From: Torpedo marmorata
Taxonomy: Eukaryota
Assembly: GCA_977017645.1 (NCBI GenBank)
Contig: OZ360222.1
Coordinates: forward strand, 208,320,001-208,384,000
DNA: 64,000 nt
Direction: 5' to 3'
The notes under the pieces were generated by a model. The model was not told the origin of the DNA. It searched no databases and was given only the letters and a program-made list of their open reading frames with translations. The number at the start of each line of letters is the position of its first letter. Position 1 is the first letter of the stretch. Of this stretch, positions 47,646 through 60,421 are shown in pieces. The position numbers were made by a program, and so were the translations under genes.

Positions 47646-49519
47646 GATTGGCCTAAGGAAACTAATAGGCCTAAGGAAATTAGGCATTTATAATAGGCCT
47701 AAGGAAAATAAAATACTAGGGCCTAGAAGTTCTATTGTACACTACTACAAGCAGACTTCCATGCCTTTGACATGCTTCTGTAATAATGCTGCAATCTCTA
47801 CACAAATGCCCAATTGCAAAATGTCTCACCCAGCGCTCAAGAGTAAATCTGACCCATTAATAGAAGCTGCTGTTCACATCAGGAAATGTCTGTCACCTTA
47901 AGATCTCCTACCATAGTGACAGTTAGCCCTACTCAAGTGACTTTGTGACCAACACTGATCTCATGGCTGATTTTGTGCATGAGGCTTTGGATTTGTGATG
48001 TGCAACCAGTTGCACATCATGGATGTTAAAACATCTCCCCCCCCCCCACCACTGTCTCATCCACAGCACTCCTTTAAACTGAGGAATTTCTTGGACCAGC
48101 TGGAAAAATTAGTAACTTGGAATCTGAATTGTTAATAGTTGGGCTAAAATCAGCAGTGCTCTATCATATGTTTATGTGCTTGCATGAAATTCCTCTGGAC
48201 ATGGTAATAACAAAGATATTAACGATCATTATAAAATTGTCATATTTGTATACTAAAATCAATGTGTAATTCCACACCAAGTCTCTTTTTTTTTAAATGG
48301 GTCAGTATATTTACTTTGAGAAGCTACTAGGAAGATTTAAGCATATCGTCAGAGTAAAGTGTGGATCAGTCTCAGCCCCATCTCCAGACCTAACTTGATT
48401 TTAGGTTTTCCAAACCATGCATGCAAAATACAATTCATTACAAAAAAAGTTCTACGAAGTCTTTAAAGATACTGCACTGCAAAGCATCAGAAAAATTAAG
48501 ACCAGAGAAATTAGCAGCCATTTTATTTTCTAAGTATTGTCAAAAAAGTACTTTGATGGAACTTTCAGTTTTTATAATACCTTGTAAATATTTCATGAGG
48601 ACTCAAGCTTGTGTAAAGAGATGTAAATTTATTTGATGATTTTTAAAAAAAAACAGAAATTGAAATAAACTGTGTCAGCCAATGGAGAGAGTTGCAGCTT
48701 TGATTAACATTGACAACAAGTCATAACCAACCGAATAATTCCCAACCATCAAGCCCATTCTGAGGAAGCAACCAACAATACATAACAATTAATTATCTAA
48801 ACATGATAAACCCAGTGAAATACATAACTGTTCATCCAGAGTCAAACTGGGTGAAGATGGTAGATTTCCTTCCCAAAGGACATGAGTGATCCAGGTAAGT
48901 CTTTGCAACAATTCTTTCGTTTCCTGATCAGTGTTTGAGCTTTGTTTTTAGATCCTAGATGTTTTATAGTTGCTCAAATTTAACAGCTGCTGTGATTGGT
49001 TTGGAACGCCGTTAATTTAGCGGCACATCTCTCGGCAGTAACTTATTCCTTAAAGCTTTAGAGAAACACAGAGCTGCAGATGCTGGAGTCATGAGCAAAC
49101 AAAGTGGGTCAGCGAGCTCCCATTGGGTAGAAATGGTCAGTCAATGTTTCAGCTTGGGACTCCTTATCAAGGCTAAGATAAAAAAGGTAAAATTACATGT
49201 ATAAAGGGGGGAAGGTGGTGAAACAGGGGTCCAGAGGTTGATAAGGTATAGGACAGAAGGTGTGAGAGGTGGGGAAATAGGTAGAGGGAGAAACCATTGG
49301 GGGTGGGGGAAGTTAGAGAGGGAAAAAAAAAAGTGTCGAAGTAGTAAAGAAGAGATTGAAACAGTGGAATCAGAGTAGGATGGGGGAATACCTGAAATAA
49401 GAAAAATCACAGTTCTTGCTATTTAGGCTTGAGGCTGCCAAGGAGGAATATGAAGTGTTGTTCCTCAAGTTTATGTTTGACCTCATCCTGACAATGGCCA
49501 AGGCCAAGAACAGAAATAT

Positions 49520-49729
49520 GAGGTTTGCATCTGGAGCTCAGGTTGCTGATGGTTTAGACTGAAGGCTGTGGGAGCACTGGAGGCGAATACATGGACACTC
49601 AGTGACTCAGGGGACACTCTCTTTTGCTTCTCTTTCTCTGACTGTGAGGGGCGCCGGACAATTTCTCCCTTTTCTGCCTTTCGGTAGACTAAAGGAAATT
49701 TTGTGTAATATTACCTTTTCTGTTTTATT
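49520..49729 (+). mobile_element. SINE/LINE-tail element sharing its 3' end with the 5S SINE
   Basis: CTCTCTTTTGCTTCTCTTTCTC...GAGGGGCGCCGGACAA...TGCCTTTCGGTAGAC, homologous to 49996-50074. Confidence 0.6.
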
Positions 49730-49867
49730 ACAGAAATTAGTTCATCATTTTATGACATTACGTATAACTGGTGTGATTCCTACAAGAAAAATAAGTTTGG
49801 TACAAAAAGGGATCCCATAGTTTTAATCATGCATACAACCTGCTAAGAGTGTTCATTTTAAAATCAG
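49730..49867 (-). repeat. Inverted near-perfect copy of 44803-44939
   Basis: The reverse complement matches 44803-44939 with one substitution and one 1-nt indel. Confidence 0.95.
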
Positions 49868-49995
49868 AAATTTGAAACATCATTGTAGGAATGGTTGTGG
49901 GAGTTAAAATAGTTGGCGACAGGAAGTTCATATCTGGAGTTGCAAACAGGGTGTTCGGTGAAGCGGTCACACAATCTGCATTTGTTCTTACCCAT

Positions 49996-51258
49996 GCTCT
50001 CTTTTGCTTCTCTTTCTCCTAACGTTAGGGGTGCCAGGAAATGCTCATGGGTGACTCTTTGTTTGCCTTACGGCCAGTGCCGGATTAACGTAGTAGCAAA
50101 AGTAGCATATGTTATGGGCCCCGCATTTTCAAGGGCCCCGCGCTAAATACTTGCTCTATTACTATAGTACTATAGTACTGCACTTGCTCTATTACTATAG
50201 TACTATACTGCCTTCAACTTTTATGAATGACTGGGTGTTTAAGGTTAGTGATTTTAGCCAATTATCACCTTTAATCGGGGTTATTAACAAAGTAATTAAT
50301 GGGAGTGTGGTATCTATGTGATACATATACGATGCATAAATACGAAGGTATTTGAAACTAAAAGTCATAGCCGCTGCACAAAGTTGAAAATGAAAATGGA
50401 AACACGCCTTAGCTGAACAGTGAAAACACGCCTCAGGCCTTCAGTCAGCTGGCTGGTTTGTTAACATGTCGGGGAGCTACATGCTGCAGATAGCAATGAG
50501 CAGTAGAGCCGGAGATATTGGATGTCATTATGCTTCTGGAAGTGCAAAACGTAAAGCGAAGGAAGAAAAAGAAAGAAGAGACCAACTTGTGATATCAAAA
50601 ACACGCAAGTTGACAGAATATTTTGATGTTCATGGTTATGGTGCTATAACGGCTGAAGATGGAAATATAGGAACAACTAGTACTAGTGCGTAAGAAGGCA
50701 TACAACAACAGCCAGCATCCATTGTTTCGAAGCAGCTAAAAATTACGCAATCCCCTAAGGGAAAACAATTTATCCGCCTGCTGCCTGATAAACTTAAAGC
50801 GCAGCGCACCTCCTCACTCCGCCATTCTGAAAAAAAAAAATAATAGCATGCGGTTTGTTACGCTGCAGTGTTTAGAATAGACCACGGCAGACCTTCTCCG
50901 AGTCGCCAGAAAACCGGAGGACCTATGTCCTCAAGTCACCCACGTAAGTTTTTTTATCCATTCATAAAATGTGCGAGGCTGCATTTGCAATGATTTATCA
51001 CTTTGAGTTCATCTCTCTCCTCTTAATTTAGCTTCCTCTGGCATTTGGTGTCCTACTTGCCCCTTTCGTTCTCTCTTTTAAACTACTAGATGTTTTAATA
51101 TTTATGTGTATTTTTAAAATTTAGGGCCCCTTTATAACATAGGCTACAGGCCCCGCACTAGCTTAATCCGACCCTTCTTACGGCAGACAAAAGTTAAAGT
51201 GTATCATGTATGTTACATTTTTAACGTGACAATAAAAGGAACCTTGGACCTTGAACCA
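49996..51258 (+). mobile_element. SINE/LINE-tail element split by a hAT transposon (49996-50074 plus 51185-51258)
   Basis: Removing the hAT gives GTGACTCTTTGTTTGCCTTACGGCAGACAAAAG...CATGTATGTTACATT...GTGACAATAAAAGGAACCTTGGACCTTGAACC. Confidence 0.75.
50075..51176 (+). mobile_element. hAT (Tip100-like) internal-deletion derivative, 1102 bp, with a transposase N-terminal remnant (50466..50693)
   Basis: 8-bp TSD CTTACGGC (50067-50074, 51177-51184). TIRs CAGTGCCGGATTAA / TTAATCCGACCCTT (11 of 14). Subterminal GGGCCCC motifs. ORF SGSAKRKAKEEKE...KLTEYF is typical of Tip100-type transposase N-termini. Confidence 0.88.
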
Positions 51259-51899
51259 TGCAGAGGAGGCCACTCTGAGCTGAAAGCTTCAGTCTTTTGG
51301 TCTAAATTAAAGATATTGGAGGTGATTGAAATGCTGTTTGGCCCACTGATGCTTTTTAATGGTTGTGGTTCGTGCTTGTCCCAACCTTTTATGGGAATGG
51401 TCAACGAGAACTTTGAATTGAGGTTATTTATTCTATTCCCCAGATTACCCATGGCTGGGTAAAATGATCACGGTTCTACAGACTCTGTTTTACCTGATAA
51501 TAACAGACTGTTTCCATATCACCCCATTCCAAATTCCCTTTAAGACATTGGATTTGAAGGCATCTTGAAATTAAAAACAGGCGATGCTGGAAATACTTGG
51601 AAGGTCAGGCAACATCTATGGAGACAGAATGAATGTATCAGCTCATTGACCTATCGTTGAACTGGGAAAAGTTAGAAACGAAAGAGGTTTACAGTTGCAG
51701 ATAAAAATGGGAGAGTCAGAAATACCAAAAACAATGGGAGACCTGCGGAGAGTGAGTGTCACGAACAGTGCTGGCTGAAAAAGGGTGAAAAGAGTAGAAG
51801 ATATCAAAAGATGCATATGGGAGGGGCTCTAAATAATTGTGCATGAATCTGAAATTTGAGCCATTGAATTTCAGCTGAGATTCATGTGGAATAAATTAG

Positions 51900-54510
51900 A
51901 GCAAGGTACAATTCACAAAAGAAAGAGATGTGCTGCATGGATGTCAGTTCTCCTCAAAAACATTAAAAGCAGGAAGGGAAACAGAAAGCAATGAAGGTGA
52001 TCAAAGTAAAAGGAATAAATGAAATCCCATCAGAGAGAGAAGCAGAACTTCAGATTTGTGAGCGTTATTGGAAGAAAGATGACAATGAATTCAATGATAA
52101 TCCAAAAGGAAAAAAAAAACAGCCTTGATATGATACATTCCCATGAGGAAGAAGGGTTGGGAAATTAAAGCCAAAGTTTGCCTGATGTCGGAAACAATAC
52201 AGAGTAAGATGGAGAAGGAAAAGAGAGCCTGTGGCAAATGCCAAATTGTTAACTTCAGTGAGAACCAGGCTGATTGTACAAAGTCCAAGGTGGATGTAAA
52301 CTGGATGGAGGCAATGACTGAGAAAAGGCTGGCAGCAAATGTAAAAGCAGGTCCAATATTGTTCCACATGCATGTAAACAGGAAAGGTTGGACCAATCAA
52401 AGGCCATAAAGGAAATTTGCTCCTGGAATCAGTAGACATTCTTGCGGTAGTCAATGATGACTTTACATCAGTTTTCATCAAGGAAGAAGATATCTTCTCA
52501 GCAAAGGAAGATGCAGTTGAGATTTCGGATGAGCTAAATATTCTGATGAAGAGGACAGAGAAAGGCTAATTGCACTTAAAGCAGATAAATCATCTGGTCC
52601 AGATAAGATGCATCTTGGGTTGCCCAAGGAAATAAGGGAGGAAATTGCACGAACTATTAATAATTGTCTAGCAATTTATGGATTCAGGGGTGGTGCCTGA
52701 GCATTGGAAAATTGCAATTGTTTCACGCTTGTTAAAGGAACAGGTGCAGAGCAGTAAGTTTAACCTGGTGTTGGAAAACCAATAATCAGGAACAGAATTA
52801 TCATTTGGTCAAGTGTGGATAGATTGAAGAAAACCAGTTCAAGGCAAATTGTTCAGCTAACGAATTTTTGAATAAAGTAACATAGTTAACGTGATGCAAA
52901 ATGAGTTAAAAGCAGAGGAGGTGCCACAAAGAATTACAAGAATGATTCTGAAGATGAGGAACTTGGATTATCTGCAGAAATGGGGACGAAGAGGTGGCTA
53001 GAGGATATGCTACAGATATGTAAAGTCCTGAAGGTTATAGACCAACTAGATAGAGAAACTCATCCCATTATTGGTAAGGTCTCAATGTAGAGGATGTGGG
53101 ATGAAGGTGATTTGGTGGAAGAACCAAATTTAGCACAAAAAGCAATTCATACATACGGCTGCTCTTCATTGACTACAGCTCGGCCTTCAATACCATTATT
53201 CCCTCAGTGCTGGTCAAGAAGCTACAAACTCTAGGCCTCTGTACCCAACTCTGCAACTGGATCCTTGACTTTCTCATCAGAAGACCACAGTCAGTACGAA
53301 TTGGAAACAACATCTCCTCCTCACTGATTATCAACACAAGCGCACCCCAAGGATGCGTGCTTAGCCCACTGCTCTACTCGTTATACACCCATGAATGTGT
53401 GGCCAGGTACAATTCCAATACCATCTACAAGTTTGCCGATGACACCACAGTTGTCGGCAGAATCACAAACAGCAATGAGGAAGCGTACAGGAGGGAGATA
53501 GATCAGCTCATTGAATGGTGTAATGACAACAAACTTGCGCTCACACGTCAGCAAAACCAAGGAGATGATTGTGGACTTCAGGAGGAAGTCAGGGGAACAC
53601 GACCCAGTCCTCATCGAGGGCTCAGTAGTGGAGAGGGTCAAGAACTTCAAATTCCTGGGTGTCAACATCTCCGAGGATCTGTCTTGGAGCCTCCACGTTG
53701 ATGAAATCGCAAAGAAGTATCACCAGCGGCTATACTTTGTGAGGTGTCTGAGGAGAGTCGATATGTCACCAAAGACTCTCGTAAACTTCTACAGGTGTAC
53801 CGTGGAGAGCATTCTGGCTGGTTGCATCACTGCCTGGTATGGAGGCGCCAACTCTCAGGACAAGAGTAAACTCCAGAGGGTTGTTCACTCGGCCTGTGAC
53901 ATCACAGGCACCAGACTTCACTCCATCGAGGACATCTCCATGAGGCGGTGTCTTAAAAAAGCAGCCTCTATCCTCAAAGACCCCCACCACCCAGGCCATG
54001 CCCTCTTCACACAGCTACCATCGGGAAAAAGGTACAGGAGCCTAAAGACGAGCACTCAACGGCACAAGGACAGCTTCTTCCCCGCTGCCATCAGATTCCT
54101 GAATAATCAATGAACCAAAGACACTGCCTTACTTTTCGTGCACTATTATTTATATATATATATTTTTATAGTAACGTCGTAAGATGGTTATAATATGAAT
54201 GTTTGCACTATGATGCTGCCGCAAAATACAGAATTTCATGACTTGTTCATGACAATAAATTATGATTCTGATTCTGAAAAAAATTCTGCAGTATTTTGGG
54301 GTCTGGAATTCTCTGCTGGGGAAGTGGAGGCTTCTTAAATTATTATGATTAAAGGGTTTTGGTTGTGTCTGAAAGGCAAGTATTTGTAGTGCTCTGAGAA
54401 GAGGACAAAAGAGTGCTCCTGGGTGGATTGCTCTTGCACAAAGACAGTTGAAGCTTGATGGGCCAAATGATCCCATCCCACATTGTAACCATTCTGTGAT
54501 CCTATGTTTC
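51900..54510 (+). mobile_element. Heavily decayed CR1 ORF2, interrupted by a Rex1/Babar copy
   Basis: EKRLAANVK..P..F..HVNRK; GATAAATCATCTGGTCCAGATAAGATGCATC (DKSSGPDKMH); WKIAIVSRL; 3' end at about 54280-54510. Confidence 0.75.
53150..54277 (+). mobile_element. Rex1/Babar LINE, young subfamily copy 2 (RT domain; frameshift near 53542)
   Basis: [40 protein letters not shown], then [12 protein letters not shown]...SFFPAAIRFLN. Tail GACAATAAATTATGATTCTGATTCTGA. Confidence 0.93.
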
Positions 54511-54999
54511 AGTCACTGGAAGTCTGAGATAAAACAAAAAAATGCCAGATATATCCAAAATGTTGAGTCTAAAACGTTGGTAATTTTGCACAGTTCAGTG
54601 AAAGTATCATCACATTGAAAATTATTAATTTGTTTTTTATATTTAAACAATAAATGGAAATTTATTCATAAGTGTGTGTTTAGTCCTGAAATCTTTTCTT
54701 GCCCGAAATATAAAAGTACTAAAAAAAACTTGCTTGCTCGTTTGGAAATAGCTGTGTTACAACATGGGTTCAAAGTTTAGTTCTTGTTAGCAAGGTTGAT
54801 TAATTTATATTTTAAATATAACTTCAGTGCAGAAAAGTTTCCCCAAGTGTGTTACCAGAAGAATACTCCAGCTAAGGAAAGAAATATTAGGAGGCAACAC
54901 ATCCTGAGCTGAGGTGGAGTTTGAAGTTATGGGGAGAAGAAGATGAACGGACAGAAGGATGCAGTGTTGGAGGCCCGTGTCGCTGAAGGTGTCCCTGTG

Positions 55000-55490
55000 T
55001 GTAAAAACACAGAAATGCTGGAGGAACTCAGCCAGTTCTACAGTGTCCATAGGAGGTAATGATATATTACCAATATTTCAGGCCTGAGTCCTTCTTCAAG
55101 GTGTAAGCAAAAAGCAGGCAGGCATCTGAATTAAAGACTGGGGAGAGAATGGGGAAGAATGGTAAGGGGAGCATCCAGACCAACAGACAAAAAATGTTAA
55201 TTGGATATGGTGAGGAAAGGTTAGAATTTATTTTTGCTCTGTGAAAGGAGACAGGGAGAAAGGGGAAGAGAGAGAGAGAACTAGAGGAAAGGAGACAGGG
55301 GGAAGAAGATGGGTGGGGGGAGGTTATAACCAAACTGGAGAAGTCATCCAGTTGGAGGGTGCCCAGACGGAAAATGAGGTGATGTTCCTTCAATTTACAG
55401 GTGGTCTCCGTCTGGCAGTGTATGAGAACATGGACAGACATGTTGGCAAGGAAATGGGGTGTGGAATTGAAATGGGTGGCCATTGGTGGC
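55000..55490 (-). mobile_element. Penelope-like 3' end/pLTR
   Basis: ORF 55067..55483: ATHFNS..H....MSVHVL..C.....KLKEHHLIFRLGTLQ. Motif TTTCAGGCCTGAGTCCTTCTTCAAGG at about 55076-55101. Confidence 0.85.
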
Positions 55491-57004
55491 AGGGCAAACG
55501 GAAGGAAGGATGTGTGAGGTCAAATAGAGGGAATCATGAAGTATCCAGGAGGTCAGGTAATAGATGATTGGTGAATAAACGGGCAGATACTTGGGAATTG
55601 GGAGTTTAGGACTATTGAGAGCTGAGCTTGCGGAGCTGAGCTTAGGACTATTGAGAGCTGAGCTTGGGGATTCAACAAATTCTTAGAAGGAATGCATAAT
55701 TTTAGTGGCAGATATGAAGAAGGGCAATGTGGTGGAATGACAGGAAGAAGTCTCTTTGATGGGAATGAGGTGGTTCAGCTGAGAGATGGCAGTAGTGGGG
55801 GTGGGAGGTTGGGAAAGGTGGAGAGGGTGATGGAGCTCGTCTCATCAGCGAGTAAGTGGAGGCTGACCCTGAGAACCTGGATGATGCTGACAAGTGCCAG
55901 CGCATGCTCATGATAAGACAGCCGAGGAGGAGTCTTTGCTGGTGAATGAGGTGTGGCAGAGGGTCCCGAGGTAGCGGTGAAGGAAGAAAAGCCACAATAC
56001 ATTGTCTCAGAAACAGTGGAGATTTGATGGGAGTGATTTGAGCAGAGGTTGCCTGCCAACCCCTTCTCTTCAAATGAATAACTCCATTTAAACTGGCATT
56101 TATATGACACTATTAAATGTCCCCCTAATGATAGGAACTGAGCAGATCTGCTGCAGAATCCAGCTCAATTCAGCCTTGATGCTCATTACTCCTGAAGTCC
56201 TGGTTAAGCATCATTTGCTCACCTTCTATTTCCTCTCTACTGAGTTCCCAGCTCCACACTTTCAGTCCAATGCTGTAAGGGAAGGTGCTGTAGATTTCCC
56301 TTCACATAATCTACGCAACACGCTGCCAGAGAAGACAATCCACTCAAGCGATGATTTTTTTTCTTTTCTGTTTTTCTCATATCTGTCATGAGTAGGCAGT
56401 GTTCTCAGCAATCATCCTGGTCAAAAGATTCCCAGCAGATTCAGGTACTGACAGCTTCCAGCCTTCAGCAATGTTTCCTCTTTGCAGAGTTCTTCGGGAC
56501 AGTTTAACACTCGTAGAACCAGGCATGAGCCTTTCGATGGACCTATTGACATACTGTGCCGAAAGCAGTGAAACGAGGTGTCTTCACACCCTACAGCTTA
56601 ATGTGGCCTTGACTTTAGAGATAAGTTAATTATTTTAATTCTCTGTTGGTTATAGAATAGTTTCCCTTGACTTGAGTCCACCAATCGCCCAACTTCTCCA
56701 CAGCCAACAGCTGCTTTCAGTCTGTATGTATGAACACAACAGTGGGTGTGAGCAATGATTTGACGTGAAGTGTACCTTAGGTCTTCAACATTAAGCATCC
56801 ACACATGCACCATCCAGCAGTTGTCAGTGGATAGTGATCAAGAGCAAGAACACTGGCCACTTCCCTTCCTCACCTCTAATGATAATTGAGACCTGGTATC
56901 CATACTGCTGATTGGTTAGCAAGAATAATTAGTTGAAGGAAGAATACATTTTCGATGAATTGTGAGCTGTGGTGGTGAGAGAGCAAGGTAATTTTGGAAT
57001 GTGA

Positions 57005-57225
57005 TTTATTTTTATTTTAACGACACAGCATGATAGAAGGCCCCTCCGGCCCATGAAACATATTTCACCCAATTACACCCAATTAACCTAACAATCTCGT
57101 AGGTTTTGGAGAGTGGGGGGAAACCGGAGCACCTGGAGAAAACCCACTCAGAACACGGGGAGAACATACAAACTCGTTACAGACAGCGGTGGATTCGAAC
57201 CCGATCGCTGGCGCTGTAATAGTGT
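57005..57225 (-). mobile_element. tRNA-derived V-domain SINE
   Basis: GGAAACCGGAGCACCTGGAGAAAACCCAC...GGGGAGAACATACAAACTC...GGATTCGAACCC. Confidence 0.85.
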
Positions 57226-58199
57226 GTGCCAAGGTTTGCAGAGAAGGGGTTGTGGTCTTGATGAGTGTGAAGGAAGTAAAAGACTGAATGGTTTTCTAAA
57301 GATTGGAAATGAACCAGCATTTACCTTGCTGCACTCAGAACTATTTCATCTGCTTGATTGCTTCAGCATGACTTACAAGCCTCATGTGATTTTTACAGAG
57401 GGATTTTTTCCTAATTCCATTGGGTATCACAACCATAAAGTATGAAATAAAAATAAAGTAGAATGTTAGCTGTTAAATTTTAAAGAGCATCATAAATTTA
57501 TATCTGGTTCAATGAACAATGTTTAATCATGAAGAAAAATGAGAGAAGTCTAACTGTTTGGACCTTATTAGGCTGAGGTTGTTAATATTAATTTACGTAC
57601 ATCACTGGCCTTTCAAAGAAGCATTGTACCAAAAGTAATACGCAATAGTAAAAGCCTACCAGTTGGAAGATATTTCTGTTATTGGAGGAAATGGTCATTA
57701 TCCATATAGTGCTCTCCATTTGCAGGATGATGATTGGTAAAACAGTTTTAAATTAAATGTTTGAATTTTGTATTTATTTCTGCTATATATTGTCAATTCC
57801 AAAGAGTTCCTACGGCATCACCCAGCATTCTGTGAACATTCCACTTCAGACTCTTGTTAAAAGTCAGACAGATATCTCATTGCTTTATGATCGAAACTTG
57901 CCATTCATGTAACCCTTGCTCACACCTATATATTGTGCAGAATTAAATGGAAACTGAAGCAAACGAACAGGTTATTCAGCCCATTTGGTTTTGGTTAGTG
58001 TTTAAACTTGATTGGTCTTGCTCCCTTGTATTTACGTCTTCTCATCCTGCCCCATTCTGTGCATTTTCACCATTATGGTTATGGGGAGAGGCCTGGCAGT
58101 GGGGCTGAGTGGGAAAATAGATCCGCTCATGATTAAATGGTGGGGTAGACTCGATGGGCTGAATGGCCTATTTCTGCTACTCTGTCTTATGGTCTAATA

Positions 58200-58573
58200 C
58201 AGTGGTTTTCAAACTGCCCCCTAAACTCACATTCCACCTTAAGCAATCCCTATGCCATAAGTGCTCTGTGATTGGTAAGGGATTGCTTAAGGTGGTATGT
58301 GAGTGGGAAGGGAAGGTTGAGAACCACTGCTCTTGACCCAATTGTTACTGAAATATTTTGCTTGAGAAAAATTGTCATTGGCCCATTTCCTTTGGAGTTA
58401 TGAAACCGTGCACATAACGAGTCAATTAGGTACGATTAAAACAGTGGTTTTCAAACTTTTTCTTTCCACTCACATACCACCTTAAGCAATCCCTTACTAA
58501 TCACAGAGCATTTATAGCATAGGGATTGCTTAAGGTGGAATGTGAGTTTAGGAGGGCAGTTTGAAAACCACTG
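58200..58573. mobile_element. Composite hAT (Charlie-like) MITE: two inverted hairpin modules (58200-58329, 58442-58573) around a 112-bp spacer
   Basis: Outer TIR CAGTGGTTTTCAAACTGCCC / GGGCAGTTTGAAAACCACTG, one 8-bp TSD GTCTAATA (58192-58199, 58574-58581), and inner ends GAGAACCACTG and CAGTGGTTTTC. Confidence 0.92.
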
Positions 58574-59844
58574 GTCTAATACTATAATGGATATTAAACA
58601 CAGACCTGACATTTAGGCAGAGTAAGGCATGTATATATCAGAGGGACATACTCTGACATGTAACTCCACTTAGTGAATGTCTGGTGGTGCTAATGAATAT
58701 GACCAGAAGGATGTGTGGAAATGAGGTGAATGGTCCAATAGGATGTGCCTGGCTGGTAAATAGATTACTGGATAGATGGTTGCACTTAGCCATCCTTGGG
58801 CAGCCCAAAGTAAGCCAATACACATCCAATCATCCATGCTACCTAATGATTAGTCACCCATGTATAGTGTGTGGGAATCACAGAATCATCCATCCATATT
58901 CAGTGCTCAGTAATAATAATTCACATTCAGTTCATGACTTGCCATCAATGTCCGTTTCATTTTTGGCTCGCCACATGCAGCATGCAGGACTGATCTATTG
59001 CTATTTCACAGCCAGTTACTCATGACCAATGTACAACAAGCCGTCCATGTCTGGCGCACAACTATCCATCCAGAGCTGTGCAACGAGAAGCCAGTGCTGT
59101 GCGTTTTCAACATCTTAGGAGCTGTTCAGCGCAGATGATAATCAGAGCTCAGGGCTGCTTCTGGTCATTGCATCTGGAAGTGAACCAGAAACCCTACACA
59201 TGAATTTGTTGCACAATGTGTTATAAAAATCTCTCGCTCTCTGTGTTCTCAGGCAGAAATATTACAGGATATATGATGAAACATCACAAAGAACAAGTTG
59301 CTCAGTTTGAAAACCTTTTAGAATCAAAATACTTGGCTGTATATGGCAGTAATATATTCCAAATCCTAGATTACTAGAAGAATGTAATCATTGCTTTATA
59401 GATCTCTTACCACATTTAAGAGGTATCTCGATGAGCACTTGAATCACCAAGGCATGGACCAATTGCTGGACCAGGTGCTGGTAAATGGATAAGTATAGAT
59501 GGGTACTTAATAGTCAGCATGGACAAGGTGGGCGAAGGGTTTGGTTCTGTGCTGCATTACTCTGGACTGTATGACACCTGTTTTTAGTGGTGTTGGTGTT
59601 GCCATCAAAGTGAGTATTTAGTGCCTTGATTGAGTTGCATAAACAAGGTGGATGCTTTGGTACAGGCTCATTAAACGTGGGTTGATATGAACCAACTGTA
59701 TTGAGCTGGGTTGGGAGTTGCAGGAAGCCAAGAGTGCACAGGATAGCAGCTTTCCTTTCTAGAAAATCAGGTTGAAGAACCATTTGGGTTTTCACAAGCG
59801 GCTAGCCTGATCGATGCTTTTACTGATTAACCATATAAAAATTC

Positions 59845-60228
59845 AGGTGGCATGGTAGCATCATGCTTAAATTAATGGTCTAACACCCAGAACTCTTGAT
59901 TAATAATATTGGGTCATAGCTTCATATATCACTACGGCAGTTGGGCAATGTAAATTTGCCATTAAATAAATTTGCAATTTGGAATCAGTATTGGCGATAG
60001 TGAACTAACTGAATTATTGCGGGAAAAAATCACCTTGTCCATAAATGTCCTTCACGGAACAAAATCTGTCAATTTGATCTGCTCCATCTGACTCCGGACA
60101 CAACAATTGCACCAGCTCTTAACATTCCTTTACAATGAGCTGGTAGGCTGGTCAGCTCAAGGGACTTGTAGGGATGGAAAATAAATGGTGGCCTTTCCAG
60201 TTGATCTCCAAATCCCAATAAAATATTG
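59845..60228 (+). mobile_element. Ancient SINE-like repeat
   Basis: Degenerate tRNA-like head (GGTGGCATGGTAGC) and AATGTCCTTCACGGAACAAAATCTG...GGGATGGAAAATAAATGGTGGCCTT. Antisense relatives at about 48835-48915 and 11225-11260. Confidence 0.45.
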
Positions 60229-60421
60229 TGTAAAGAAACCATTTGTTTAGAAAGCAGCAAATTCAAATTTGTGACCCTGGATGTACATCAACAGATTTTC
60301 TGGTTAGCATTTTGTTGAAAAATGAATTCAATTTCCAGGATTTTCTTGGTGGTGTAAACTTGATTTGAATGTTCATTAATCGAACAAACCTTATTCAAGG
60401 ACACATTCCCAAGGATCTTTG

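Larger units (their letters stand above)
49062..49992 (-). mobile_element. Decayed Penelope-like element interrupted at about 49518-49867
   Basis: pLTR (GCTGCAGATGCTGGAG...GTTTCAGCTTGGGACTCCTTATCAAGG) and antisense GIY-YIG remnants (TGTTGTTCCTCAAGTTT; GTGTTCGGTGAAGCGGTCACACAATCTGC), collinear with 7380-7620. Confidence 0.75.

Noticed and set aside
44940-49729. 4.8-kb inversion or large transposon bounded by 137-bp inverted repeats
   Set aside because: No TSD outside the repeats, and the Penelope relic continues collinearly across the right-hand copy, which fits a local templated insertion better.
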